A stretch of DNA of 54,108 nucleotides, taken from a virus (Duplodnaviria; Caudoviricetes). Of the stretch, positions 17,701 through 25,874 are shown in pieces. Every line of letters begins with the position of its first letter. Positions within the stretch are counted from its first letter, which is position 1. The stretch lies in IMG/VR virus record IMGVR_UViG_3300043395_001550, positions 1-54,108 of that record; one strand, written 5' to 3'. The position numbers and the translations under genes were made by a program. Below the pieces are notes generated by a model. That model did no database searches, had not been told where the DNA came from, and saw nothing but the letters and a program-made list of their open reading frames with translations.

Positions 17701-20692
17701 ACTCTGCAAATGAGTATGACGCTTCTGGATCAAAATTTCTATTATCCTTATCAATTACTGGATAAACGTGAGTAGTATCTTGGGAAAACTTTTCACCGGA
17801 GAAATAATTATCTGATGGTGAAACACTAGCAGTTATTATAGTTAAATGGTAAATACCATCCTTAACACCCTCTTCATACTCTTGAATTGTTTCTACATCA
17901 TATACTTTATGAGTTAGGCTAAAGTCCTTTCTCTGATAATATGGTAGATTTGCATTTCTTAGGGAGTTATTATTTGTATAGGTGCCAGGATTCTCCTCCA
18001 ACGCATAACTGTATTCTTTGGTGTTTCCAATATTAATTACTGTATGATATCCATTAAATCCAGAGTATGCCGCGCCAACAGTATTATTTGTGCTGGTTAT
18101 GTTTATAACTTGAACCTTGGATCCAATAGTTAAATTATGTGGAAGCTCTGTTGTAATAGTAGCGTTTCCTGAAGACCATGAAGCATTTGCGATAATTCTG
18201 GTGTTTCTTAGATCAGTTGATTCTGAAATGGAAGATGTGTTAGATGCGTTCCATTGGGCACTAATCTCTGTCGTAGATCCAATAGATGTGTTTGATTCTT
18301 GAACAATAAAGTCTCTACGTGGTGGGGTTGCACCTAATGCTCCCTTGGGAATTACATAGCGAATCTGATAGATCGTATCTTCCTTCGATCTATTATCTGG
18401 ATATCTTTCAATATAAGTCGTTGAAGTCCTTGTTGCACCAAATCCAGAAAGAGCTGCGTAAATACTATTCTCTGTGGAAGCAGCAGAAACATTAATATAC
18501 CACTGAGAATTTGTGGTGTCCCACTGAATTGGGTGTCCAATATCACCACTCTTCTTATCGGAAACTCTACTTTCAATAAGTAGAAGTCCGCCTTTGTTGT
18601 TAATGACAACATCATCTCCGACAAGAGCATCATCTAATGTCTTTGCAATTTTTACCTGATTTGCAGATAGTCCTGTAACAATCGCAAAGTAGATTCTATC
18701 TGGTTCAAGACCATCAGGAATTTCTCCAGTAATACCAATAACTCTAATCTTTTCTCCATCCACAAGGGCATGGTTGGACGTTAAAGTAATAATGTTGCTT
18801 GAAATTACATTACCAGTTCCAGTTCTTGAAACGACATAAGATTTTTTGGAAGAAATCTCTGCACCACTTCCTTGAGTGTTCGGCATTACAATTCTTGCCG
18901 AATATGTTGTAGAAACGCCCGTGAATGCTGGAAGATTTACATACAGAATGTCATTTGATCTTGCACCAATTCTATATCCATCAACAATATGTTGTGGTGG
19001 ATATGCTTGAGAAGTCTTATTTGCAAGGAACAGTTTACTTGTTGTTGCAACTGAGACAGTCTTTGTCTTATCGATACTTGCAACATCAATATAAACTTTT
19101 TCAGTTAATTCTTCCTTTGGAGTAATAATATGTGATACATATCCATAGTCATGCTTAGCGTATGCTTCGTTTGCATAACCCTGCGATACTAAAGACCTTG
19201 CACCATAATGAGAACTTACAGAATTTAATGTAATATTTGAACCAGATTCTGATACAAATTGTTCAGCATATCCAGTTACAGTACAACTGGTCGCATGAAC
19301 CTCGGCACCATTTACACTCTTAATGAAGAAGTTTTCATAAGATGGTTTATACTTTGATTCAATATTGCTGTGAAGATTTTTTGTTGGTCCAGTAATATCA
19401 GCATATGTACCATTAGCACTATTATAAAGAATGAATGCATTATCATCATTCTGTAAACTGATTGCATGAGAATCGTGAATACTAAGATTCTTAAATCCCG
19501 TGACATAGTTTCCATCAACCAACAAACCACACATTCCATAAGATGATCGGAATGTACATCCGTGAATTTCTGGTTCTGTTGTAGTAGTAGTGTCTACTGA
19601 AACAAGTACAGTTGCGGAACTAATAGTTGGCGACGCATCTATTGGCGTTGTGGATGTACTATATTTGAATGTATTTGAATCAACAACTTCTGTAACAACA
19701 AATTGCCCATCATATCCAGACTCACCAACACCAGTTATTTCAATTAGAGTGTCAATTGAAATATCTTCGAAGTCTTGTGCAGTCGTAACGGTAATCGTTG
19801 TTGTTGGTGTTACTCCATTTCCAGCTTCGATGGATGAAATTGCATATGATGCACCAACCGAACCAATAATTTTGTATTCATCAACAATCGCTTCAATATC
19901 TACAGTAGCTGGATAATCTGGAGAGATGGCTCTTTGACTACTGTTTCCATAGACGATAGAAAGTTTCTGATAATATCCATCAAGATCTGTGCGAGTTGTC
20001 TTATATGTCAGGAAGACATCATCAATATCAATTGAGTTTGCACCATCAATATATTCAAATGCAGATAGTTTATGGTGCGAAAAGTTTGGAATTACAGCAT
20101 TACTTGTGTAATCAAGATACACACTTCCTTGAGGGTCTCCATCAAGAAATGTGATGTTGTATATGTGAGATGAACCAGTTAAACGGAAAATTGCTGATCT
20201 CTCAACGGAATTATTCTCTGGATTTGGAACATACCTTGGACGAACGATTGTCTTCTTCTCATCCAAACCAACAATAGAAGTTCCACGGGGCACAATCACG
20301 CCACCGAAGAAGCTATTCATTTTATAGAGCGCATTATCGCTACTATTGAGGTTGAATGAAGTTAGAAGATCCCATTCAAACAGGTCAGTTACAGTCGATC
20401 CCCTTCTTGTTTTAAATGTGGAACCATCTGGATAATATCCGGGTCTGTTGTCAACAAAGTGAATTCCGGGAAATACCAGAATTGTTGTTCTGGAAAACCT
20501 GTCATTATTTGATCCCCTTTGATAGGAGAATCTTGCAGCTTCAACTAGAGCTCTCTGAATCGTCTTGAAAGGACGTGTTAGAGAGTTGCCCTGATTATCA
20601 ACACTATCGCTGGAATCCAAGCTGCTAGGATCCACATATAGAATTGTTCCGGTTGTTGATTTCAGAAAATTGTCTAATCTAGAAAGACCCAT
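14702..20692 (-). CDS. large virion structural protein (1996 aa), cyanomyovirus MGLSRLDNFLK family
   Basis: YVDP...GNSLTRPFKTIQRA N-terminus, repeated H-L-xG beta modules, fibre-like C-terminus; late motif upstream. Confidence 0.85.
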   Translation of the reverse strand: MGLSRLDNFLKSTTGTILYVDPSSLDSSDSVDNQGNSLTRPFKTIQRALVEAARFSYQRGSNNDRFSRTTILVFPGIHFVDNRPGYYPDGSTFKTRRGSTVTDLFEWDLLTSFNLNSSDNALYKMNSFFGGVIVPRGTSIVGLDEKKTIVRPRYVPNPENNSVERSAIFRLTGSSHIYNITFLDGDPQGSVYLDYTSNAVIPNFSHHKLSAFEYIDGANSIDIDDVFLTYKTTRTDLDGYYQKLSIVYGNSSQRAISPDYPATVDIEAIVDEYKIIGSVGASYAISSIEAGNGVTPTTTITVTTAQDFEDISIDTLIEITGVGESGYDGQFVVTEVVDSNTFKYSTSTTPIDASPTISSATVLVSVDTTTTTEPEIHGCTFRSSYGMCGLLVDGNYVTGFKNLSIHDSHAISLQNDDNAFILYNSANGTYADITGPTKNLHSNIESKYKPSYENFFIKSVNGAEVHATSCTVTGYAEQFVSESGSNITLNSVSSHYGARSLVSQGYANEAYAKHDYGYVSHIITPKEELTEKVYIDVASIDKTKTVSVATTSKLFLANKTSQAYPPQHIVDGYRIGARSNDILYVNLPAFTGVSTTYSARIVMPNTQGSGAEISSKKSYVVSRTGTGNVISSNIITLTSNHALVDGEKIRVIGITGEIPDGLEPDRIYFAIVTGLSANQVKIAKTLDDALVGDDVVINNKGGLLLIESRVSDKKSGDIGHPIQWDTTNSQWYINVSAASTENSIYAALSGFGATRTSTTYIERYPDNRSKEDTIYQIRYVIPKGALGATPPRRDFIVQESNTSIGSTTEISAQWNASNTSSISESTDLRNTRIIANASWSSGNATITTELPHNLTIGSKVQVINITSTNNTVGAAYSGFNGYHTVINIGNTKEYSYALEENPGTYTNNNSLRNANLPYYQRKDFSLTHKVYDVETIQEYEEGVKDGIYHLTIITASVSPSDNYFSGEKFSQDTTHVYPVIDKDNRNFDPEASYSFAESDVIGNVTINDRQNSLTKEAVSKALYDINVGVGLTNLQSSPTGLAHTIFTNIDHRLNGISNLSIVSPGANYVDGEYYNVPLTAIGASVTGNHATARLTVSSGSISSIRIMDNGSAYGIGNTLRIASGVTTVSPWSTANYPVVRVEGIENVVGETLAISGISSITTYHFNNLYKITGISVGNTKQIELQSSTALPSPLSTGIGPVVTATGQAFVAGRVVGVSTIRYDYATGIATVGFNTTHGYRVGTKIRLGGSNTSFYNKDTIVTDLVGLTTAKVYLGIRTDNPIVSGTIESYSHVASSYGGGIENDVEATSGRIVVAYSGLSTSILAPIASSDNTEGSGITVSNAVNSGLRLGDYFLIDSEIFRVKQVVTSNTVLAFRSLLGTAAAAHSANSLLRRITPIPIELRQNSSIRSSAHYFEYVGFGPGNYSTAKDEYQSKVLSGAELINAYSLEGNGGSVSFYGSNQDGDVFVGGSKIDSSSGNTQKVKVPSQVTSATRLDKNSEDVGYAVETFDSIQVEKNLTVSGGPDKDSLSNFDGPVVFNGKVRSTSDDGIHVKSLKIQGDATTPRKLTVGLSTPVSPGSLGDIVWSANPTLDDYLGWIFTTGNTWEKYGYVGINPASVKGVGISSNGTYIGFTTNLNIVGQGLSITAIPSVAGVTTLTLNANPRIAISTANNLFAGIATQINFIGAGVSISATVSSGIATINFRATETGGGGGTPTGTPNAIAAYDVAGNLDDLPSFTYFSNILNLTGSTATSLFKISQSANGNTLDLVNSGSGKVLFAGNSASDVEPFVITPNKLVGIGTNEPDAGIDLRLRNPSGFPLKIRMDHTGTDNDIKMQMNNTGRLGIRTTTTYAVTYDYTLDVNGNVGITTALTFNLPGRTQRLSLQAPSTLVGTAYTLTLPTQVGGANSILYTSSSGILGWITPNNILAQSSTTSLPEGTNQYHTQERAQDAVGAAIAAGIQTNITVDYDDSNNRINFNVISGTFPYTTRGFMIPIN

Positions 20693-20724
20693 TTTATTTA
20701 AATCTTATAGTTTCCGTTATGGAT

Positions 20725-20732
20725 TATTTATC
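20725..20732 (-). promoter_or_regulatory. late promoter GATAAATA
   Basis: NATAAATA about 30 nt upstream of the structural gene. Confidence 0.7.
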
Positions 20733-20739
20733 ATACAAC

Positions 20740-20759
20740 AAAACCCCCCGAAGGAGGTT
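20740..20759 (-). terminator. intrinsic terminator with UUCG loop
   Basis: AACCTCC-TTCG-GGGGGTT hairpin running into a T tract. Confidence 0.8.
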
Positions 20760-20802
20760 ATGAAGTCACACTTTTTGGGTCACTAGCGAATTAGTATCGC
20801 AT
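20740..20802 (-). ncRNA. candidate small RNA of about 63 nt
   Basis: Bounded by a strong sigma70 promoter and a terminator; encodes only Met-Arg-Tyr-stop. Confidence 0.55.
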
Positions 20803-20808
20803 ATGCTA

Positions 20809-20837
20809 ATAATAGCACATATCTATGTATATGTCAA
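20809..20837 (-). promoter_or_regulatory. sigma70-like promoter TTGACA-N17-TATTAT with extended -10 TG
   Basis: -35 at 20832-20837, -10 at 20809-20814. Confidence 0.8.
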
Positions 20838-21466
20838 TTGCTTAAAACGTCAATTAATGTGTCGGAACCTTCCATGGTATGATCAACCCAGAAGGTTGTT
20901 CCACAATATGTATCTTCCCGATGAATCTCTGTATAATTCTCAGGAACTTTCACAATATTATATCCATAAACAAAAGGAATAACTCTTCCAGTCCTATCAC
21001 TATCGTGCGCCGCAATAATGGGAGCATGACCAAAAGCAAAGTTTACAATATCTCCGCGATTATGAATCCCAGGATCCACAAAAATCACATCATACTCCCT
21101 TTCTTCCATAAATGGAACCACAATATTCTCAAGAACCGGAAGATATGAAAGATCTTCTAGGGGATATTGATTATTAATTGCGTCTTGATTTGACTTTTGA
21201 ATTTCGTCTGGAATTTGGACATAATGAAGTGTCCAATTTGTATAGTCCTTAAGTTGTTCTTTGGTTTGATTTGTCCATTCTAGGTTATAATCGCCAGTAG
21301 ACAACTCCACAGACGTTACATTTTTAGCATGATCACACAAAAATTCTGTTCCAACACCAAGACCAAACTCAAGAAAATTATCAATCTCTACAGTTTGAAA
21401 TAGTCGGTCAAAATACTGAACCCAATCTTGGGCACATGTCAACTTATAATCTTTCATATTATACAA
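20834..21466 (-). CDS. putative class I SAM-dependent methyltransferase-like protein
   Basis: FLEFGLGVGT motif I, VTSVE, YDVIFVD, AAHD. Confidence 0.65.
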   Translation of the reverse strand: MYNMKDYKLTCAQDWVQYFDRLFQTVEIDNFLEFGLGVGTEFLCDHAKNVTSVELSTGDYNLEWTNQTKEQLKDYTNWTLHYVQIPDEIQKSNQDAINNQYPLEDLSYLPVLENIVVPFMEEREYDVIFVDPGIHNRGDIVNFAFGHAPIIAAHDSDRTGRVIPFVYGYNIVKVPENYTEIHREDTYCGTTFWVDHTMEGSDTLIDVLSN

Positions 21467-21671
21467 TAATGGCGTTATTTTCTTCGTGTATGTTTACCAC
21501 GATATTATGTATTTCTTGTGTTGCTTCATCTAAATGATCATAAGATCCACTTAGTTGCTTTCTCTCCGCACCCAAATCATAAGTGAGAACAAATCTCCAC
21601 TTTCTCATTCCCCCACAGAACCATAAGTTAATTTTAACTTCGTTCATGGGTTTGTTATAATCATACTTCAT
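21459..21671 (-). CDS. hypothetical protein
   Basis: KINLWFC...KWRF motif; start trimmed to the ATG overlapping the upstream ORF end. Confidence 0.6.
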   Translation of the reverse strand: MKYDYNKPMNEVKINLWFCGGMRKWRFVLTYDLGAERKQLSGSYDHLDEATQEIHNIVVNIHEENNAIIV

Positions 21672-21807
21672 TTTTCTGGTGCTCAAGACGGACCCAGTTA
21701 ATAAGATCTCTATACTCTCTCTTTTCATTCTCATCCTTTACCCAAGAGTAGTAATACTCTAGTGCTTTAAGAGAAAGTTCACGGTCACGTTGTGAAAGAA
21801 GCGACAT
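21661..21807 (-). CDS. small hypothetical protein (MSLLSQRDRELSLKALEY...)
   Basis: 48-aa ORF translated by hand; strong GGAGG RBS. Confidence 0.65.
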   Translation of the reverse strand: MSLLSQRDRELSLKALEYYYSWVKDENEKREYRDLINWVRLEHQKNEV

Positions 21808-21823
21808 TTTATACCTCCAAAAA

Positions 21824-22102
21824 TCATTCACAGTCGGGCATACATTCTGGATTTACCAGTTCAAGTTCATTAAAACATGGATGACATTCTTCTTGAATCA
21901 AGTAGCATGAACCCCTATAAAGATCTTCGGGGCTAAATACTCTTTCTTGATTGGCAATTTTAATTACCCCAGGATCATTAAAATACTCATCATCAAGATC
22001 ATCAAATGTAAATGGAACAGTATTTAAAAAATACATTAATACAAGATGTTTTGTTCCATCACATTCATACCAACAAAATCTTTGTTCGATATAATATTCC
22101 AT
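21824..22102 (-). CDS. conserved cyanophage hypothetical protein
   Basis: MYF...PFTFD...YLI.EECHP pattern; CTAAATA upstream. Confidence 0.7.
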   Translation of the reverse strand: MEYYIEQRFCWYECDGTKHLVLMYFLNTVPFTFDDLDDEYFNDPGVIKIANQERVFSPEDLYRGSCYLIQEECHPCFNELELVNPECMPDCE

Positions 22103-22125
22103 GGAACTAACCCAAGTTATTGTAT

Positions 22126-22320
22126 TTAGAATAGACTAAGTTGATCTTCCTTGATTGAGGAATATGTTGGGGGATGATACTTAAGATATTCGCGAAATGT
22201 CATTTTCATTTCTTTTTTTGTCATTCCACAATGATCTGCTGCTTGGGGCAAATTCCACTTTGCTTTAAACAAAGCAACATTTGCTTCTTCTACGTTTTGT
22301 GGGGTTGTCTTCTTAGTCAT
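22126..22320 (-). CDS. conserved hypothetical protein, possible HTH
   Basis: WNLPQAADHCGMT pattern. Confidence 0.7.
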   Translation of the reverse strand: MTKKTTPQNVEEANVALFKAKWNLPQAADHCGMTKKEMKMTFREYLKYHPPTYSSIKEDQLSLF

Positions 22321-22535
22321 TTTTGAAGGACTGGAGGTTCTGCATAAATGATTTCGTCGGGATTAATTAGATCTCGCACCGTAGCAAGAACGCTCAAAAA
22401 TTCTTCTACATGGTTACAATTCACGGTCTTTTCATTTCCAAGACTTGAATAAATCCTAAAAGAACGGGATGCCGTGTCAACCACGCACCTTGTAAGATAC
22501 TCTTCTTGTTCTTGGAACTTTTCACCTGAAGTCAT
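22317..22535 (-). CDS. conserved hypothetical protein
   Basis: GGAG RBS; follows a boxed promoter. Confidence 0.7.
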   Translation of the reverse strand: MTSGEKFQEQEEYLTRCVVDTASRSFRIYSSLGNEKTVNCNHVEEFLSVLATVRDLINPDEIIYAEPPVLQK

Positions 22536-22558
22536 AGAATCTCCATATCCATATCATT

Positions 22559-22615
22559 ACTATAGGTCCTATCTGGGGCAGAGTCAAGTCTGGTGGACAG
22601 TTTCTCAACTGTCAC
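22559..22615 (-). promoter_or_regulatory. promoter with palindromic box (22594-22615), TTGACT -35 and TATAGT -10
   Basis: Minus strand GTGACAGTT-N4-AACTGTCCA, then sigma70 hexamers. Confidence 0.75.
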
Positions 22616-22616
22616 A

Positions 22617-24365
22617 TTATGCTAATGTTAATGATGTTGATCCAACACCAGTAACTGTAAATGTAACGACTGATCCACTGGTAGTTATTAGAATATATGA
22701 TCCAGAATCACTCTTAAACCCACCTGATGCAATCACACCAACTGTTGAAAGGACATTAACTGATGGGTTATAGATTATTCCAGCATCTGTATTGAGAGCC
22801 TCAGATGTTGCAGATGAATTATTGGTGTCTACAAATGTTGGATAGAAATTCGCGTTTGTTGCGATTGATACTGTCTGTATGTTTGTTGCTGCCCCGCTAA
22901 AAACAGATGCAGTTAGAGTATTTGTGTTTGGGTTGAAATATAATCCACCATCATCAACTTGCAATGCCCTATATGCAGTTCCCCCTCCAGTAACATTCAT
23001 GAATGGAATGTTATAATTATTATTGAGGTCTGAACTGTCGGTCAAATATATGTTATTTGCATTTGTTGCACTTCCGGCCGTGACCCCAGTTAATCCAGAA
23101 CCATCCCCAGAAAAGAATCCTGCTGTGAGAGTATTGGTAGATGGGTTATATGATAAACCAGCATCAGTCCAAACATCTTCGGATGTTTTATTGGTGTTGT
23201 TAGTGTCTACAAATGTTGGATAAAATGCACCATTCGTTGCATTTGATTGTGTAAAAACCTTTGCAGAAACTGTTGCTGAAGATGCAGTACCAACAAAAGA
23301 ACCTGCAGTAAGTGTATTGGTTGATGGGTCATACGATAAACCAGCATCAGTCCACAATTCCTCAGATGTTTTGTTAGTGTTGTTGGTGTCTACAAATACT
23401 GGATAATAATCACCTGCAACTTCATTCCTTTGCGTCTCAACTTTCGTTGCGGTTCCAGAAAATGTTGTTGCGGTGAGAACACCAGTAATTCTTGCGTTTC
23501 CGTCAACAGTTAGTGCATCCGTTGCAATCGTAAGTCCAATTCCAAGATGACCTTTACGGACTATAAGGTCGTTATTATCCAAAAATTCAATAGAATCTGT
23601 AACACTTCCAGAATTGTTAAAATTCAGATCTCCATCTTCATCGACAATTACATACCAACCCTCAGAACCATTTTGTTCTTCCAGATATAATGCTGCTTGG
23701 GCAGTAGTTCCTGTGTTTGGAAGTGTCTTAACTGCCAGAGCTCCTCTATTCGTTACTGAACTGTCTATATTTCCGACAGTAAGAGTTGCATATCCGGGGT
23801 TTGTTGTGAGACCGACTACTAGTTTACTTCCAATAGTTGCAGCTGCCCCAACTAACAAATTGGTTCCAATTGATGCATAAGTTCCAATTGTTGCGGCCGC
23901 CCCTACGTTTAAATTCTGAGAAATGTTAAGTACAGTTGCATAAATTTCATCCCATCTTCTACTGGATGATCCAATATCATATGTACTAGTGGCGTTTGGA
24001 ATTAGGTCTGAGATAAATTCGCCTTGAACTGAAACGTCGTCAGTATTTGTACGTCCAATAGTAATAGTTCCATCACCTAAACTGGTGTCACCTTTAGTGA
24101 CTAGGGCAGTATCTCCGGTCGTATAGAGAGCCGTTCCACCAACTCCAGTATGTGTAACATTAACAATTGATCTAAAGTCATAGTCATGCGATACTTCTAA
24201 ACCTCTATATGTTCCCACTCCAGTAATAATAATCTGGACATTTGGATCGGGTGGAAACTCTGGTGGTTCTACCGCAGTAAGATATAAATCACTAAACTCC
24301 GGTTCTATATCTGGGAATACTTCACCAACAGGTTGTGGTCTAACGTATTGAATTTCTTCTGGCAT
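22617..24365 (-). CDS. tail-fibre-like protein with internal repeats (582 aa)
   Basis: Four P-F(V/M)...D-GL-YNP-TN-L repeats; YDIGSSSRRW motif. Confidence 0.75.
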   Translation of the reverse strand: MPEEIQYVRPQPVGEVFPDIEPEFSDLYLTAVEPPEFPPDPNVQIIITGVGTYRGLEVSHDYDFRSIVNVTHTGVGGTALYTTGDTALVTKGDTSLGDGTITIGRTNTDDVSVQGEFISDLIPNATSTYDIGSSSRRWDEIYATVLNISQNLNVGAAATIGTYASIGTNLLVGAAATIGSKLVVGLTTNPGYATLTVGNIDSSVTNRGALAVKTLPNTGTTAQAALYLEEQNGSEGWYVIVDEDGDLNFNNSGSVTDSIEFLDNNDLIVRKGHLGIGLTIATDALTVDGNARITGVLTATTFSGTATKVETQRNEVAGDYYPVFVDTNNTNKTSEELWTDAGLSYDPSTNTLTAGSFVGTASSATVSAKVFTQSNATNGAFYPTFVDTNNTNKTSEDVWTDAGLSYNPSTNTLTAGFFSGDGSGLTGVTAGSATNANNIYLTDSSDLNNNYNIPFMNVTGGGTAYRALQVDDGGLYFNPNTNTLTASVFSGAATNIQTVSIATNANFYPTFVDTNNSSATSEALNTDAGIIYNPSVNVLSTVGVIASGGFKSDSGSYILITTSGSVVTFTVTGVGSTSLTLA

Positions 24366-24375
24366 AATCTATCTC

Positions 24376-25185
24376 TCAAACCTGCTTAACGTCGTAATGA
24401 TATCCAACGATAGACCTTTGATTGTTGTCTCCTGGATAATCCTCAATAGTTCCCTCATATTCTGGGATTAGTTTTTCTGTATCAATACGCTCACCGAAAA
24501 TTAGATAGAAGCAATTGATTGGAATGCCACCTTTTGCTTGAAGATATACTGTATTATCTCCAATTCTTTTCACAATTATATCTTGATGTGCGCCAATTGG
24601 TGTTAATGAAACCGTAATAGTCTGTGGATCTACAAGACCCTTCCAATATTCTGGAAGTTTTATCTCTGTTTGATTTATTACCTTTCCACGAACATATACT
24701 GCTGCTTCTGGACCTTCTACGCAACTATGCGCAAGTCTCCACCCTTCCTTAGTTGGGTGTGGAATGTCAAAGTTTTTCTTGGCAGCAAGAACGTGGCCGC
24801 CACAATGTGACATCACATGTCCCTGAGCAATAATGTTTCCACCTGCCCTAAGTGTTCCACCAAGAGTAATATTTCTGTTTACATCAAGATGTTGGAAAAT
24901 TACAGCATCACCTTTAACTGCCAAAGAATATGGTGAATTATTAGTTGGTCCACATGCATTAATAAATCCGGGAACGAAGCATGGTGGGGAGTCACTATTT
25001 TTCATAGGACCAATCATACATGTTGCCCAAATTCCTGGGAATGCCTTATCGGCACCAATAGTCATCGGTGCTTCTATATAAGCACTTCCTCTAATTTTTG
25101 TGGGACCTAATCCAAGAGGTAGATGATATCCTTCGCCAACAAGAAATTGGTGGGATACTGTTAAATCATCGTGCTGAAATGTCAT
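24376..25185 (-). CDS. baseplate-cluster protein with KNFDIPHP...CVEGPE...Y-RG domain
   Basis: Motif common at fibre/spike C-termini; position after gp5. Confidence 0.65.
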   Translation of the reverse strand: MTFQHDDLTVSHQFLVGEGYHLPLGLGPTKIRGSAYIEAPMTIGADKAFPGIWATCMIGPMKNSDSPPCFVPGFINACGPTNNSPYSLAVKGDAVIFQHLDVNRNITLGGTLRAGGNIIAQGHVMSHCGGHVLAAKKNFDIPHPTKEGWRLAHSCVEGPEAAVYVRGKVINQTEIKLPEYWKGLVDPQTITVSLTPIGAHQDIIVKRIGDNTVYLQAKGGIPINCFYLIFGERIDTEKLIPEYEGTIEDYPGDNNQRSIVGYHYDVKQV

Positions 25186-25194
25186 TACTAATAA

Positions 25195-25851
25195 TCAAGT
25201 ATAAAGTGACTTTTGGTTGAATTCGCGTGTAGATGGGTTGAATTCCTTATTAGGCTTAGGTACAGATGCAGCAGTTATTCCGTTCATAAAATTACTCACC
25301 AAGTGCATAGAAGTATTTGCAACCAAGTTCATGGTTTTGGGAGTAAAGATGCGGGCACCAACATTTGCTTGAACGTCAAATGTTCCTGTTTTCATATTGA
25401 TAGACTGGTTGGAATCTAAATTGATAGATCCTCTCTTGTTATTAAATCCATCTGCTCTAATATCTATATCCAAAGCACTAAGGCGAATTCTTCCTTTTGG
25501 TGCTCTAATCACAACATCCCCAGTTTCTGATAGTAGGAAGAAACCCACACCCTTCTCTGAGTTTACTGTTCCTGCATTATCTGTAGCACACTGGATGCCA
25601 TAAACGCTAGGACATCTATTTAGGGTCCATCCCTGTCTAGGTCCATCATTATCCAAGGAAACATAATGCCTAGAATCAAATGCCTGCAGCATGACGCCAG
25701 AAGTTACATCGGACTTTAGAGCCTCTGATGGATCTCCAAGATGAAGATGCCCAAACTCAATTTGACCGTGACGGTTTCCATATTTTAGTGCTTCATCATT
25801 TTCTTTTTTTCCGCCACCGTGACGATTGCGATTAACTAATTGTCCTGCCAT
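25195..25851 (-). CDS. baseplate spike-associated beta-strand-repeat protein
   Basis: GDVVIRAPKGRIRLSALDIDI beta repeats; directly downstream of gp5. Confidence 0.6.
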   Translation of the reverse strand: MAGQLVNRNRHGGGKKENDEALKYGNRHGQIEFGHLHLGDPSEALKSDVTSGVMLQAFDSRHYVSLDNDGPRQGWTLNRCPSVYGIQCATDNAGTVNSEKGVGFFLLSETGDVVIRAPKGRIRLSALDIDIRADGFNNKRGSINLDSNQSINMKTGTFDVQANVGARIFTPKTMNLVANTSMHLVSNFMNGITAASVPKPNKEFNPSTREFNQKSLYT

Positions 25852-25874
25852 TAAAGTTTACCTGTGTGATTACA

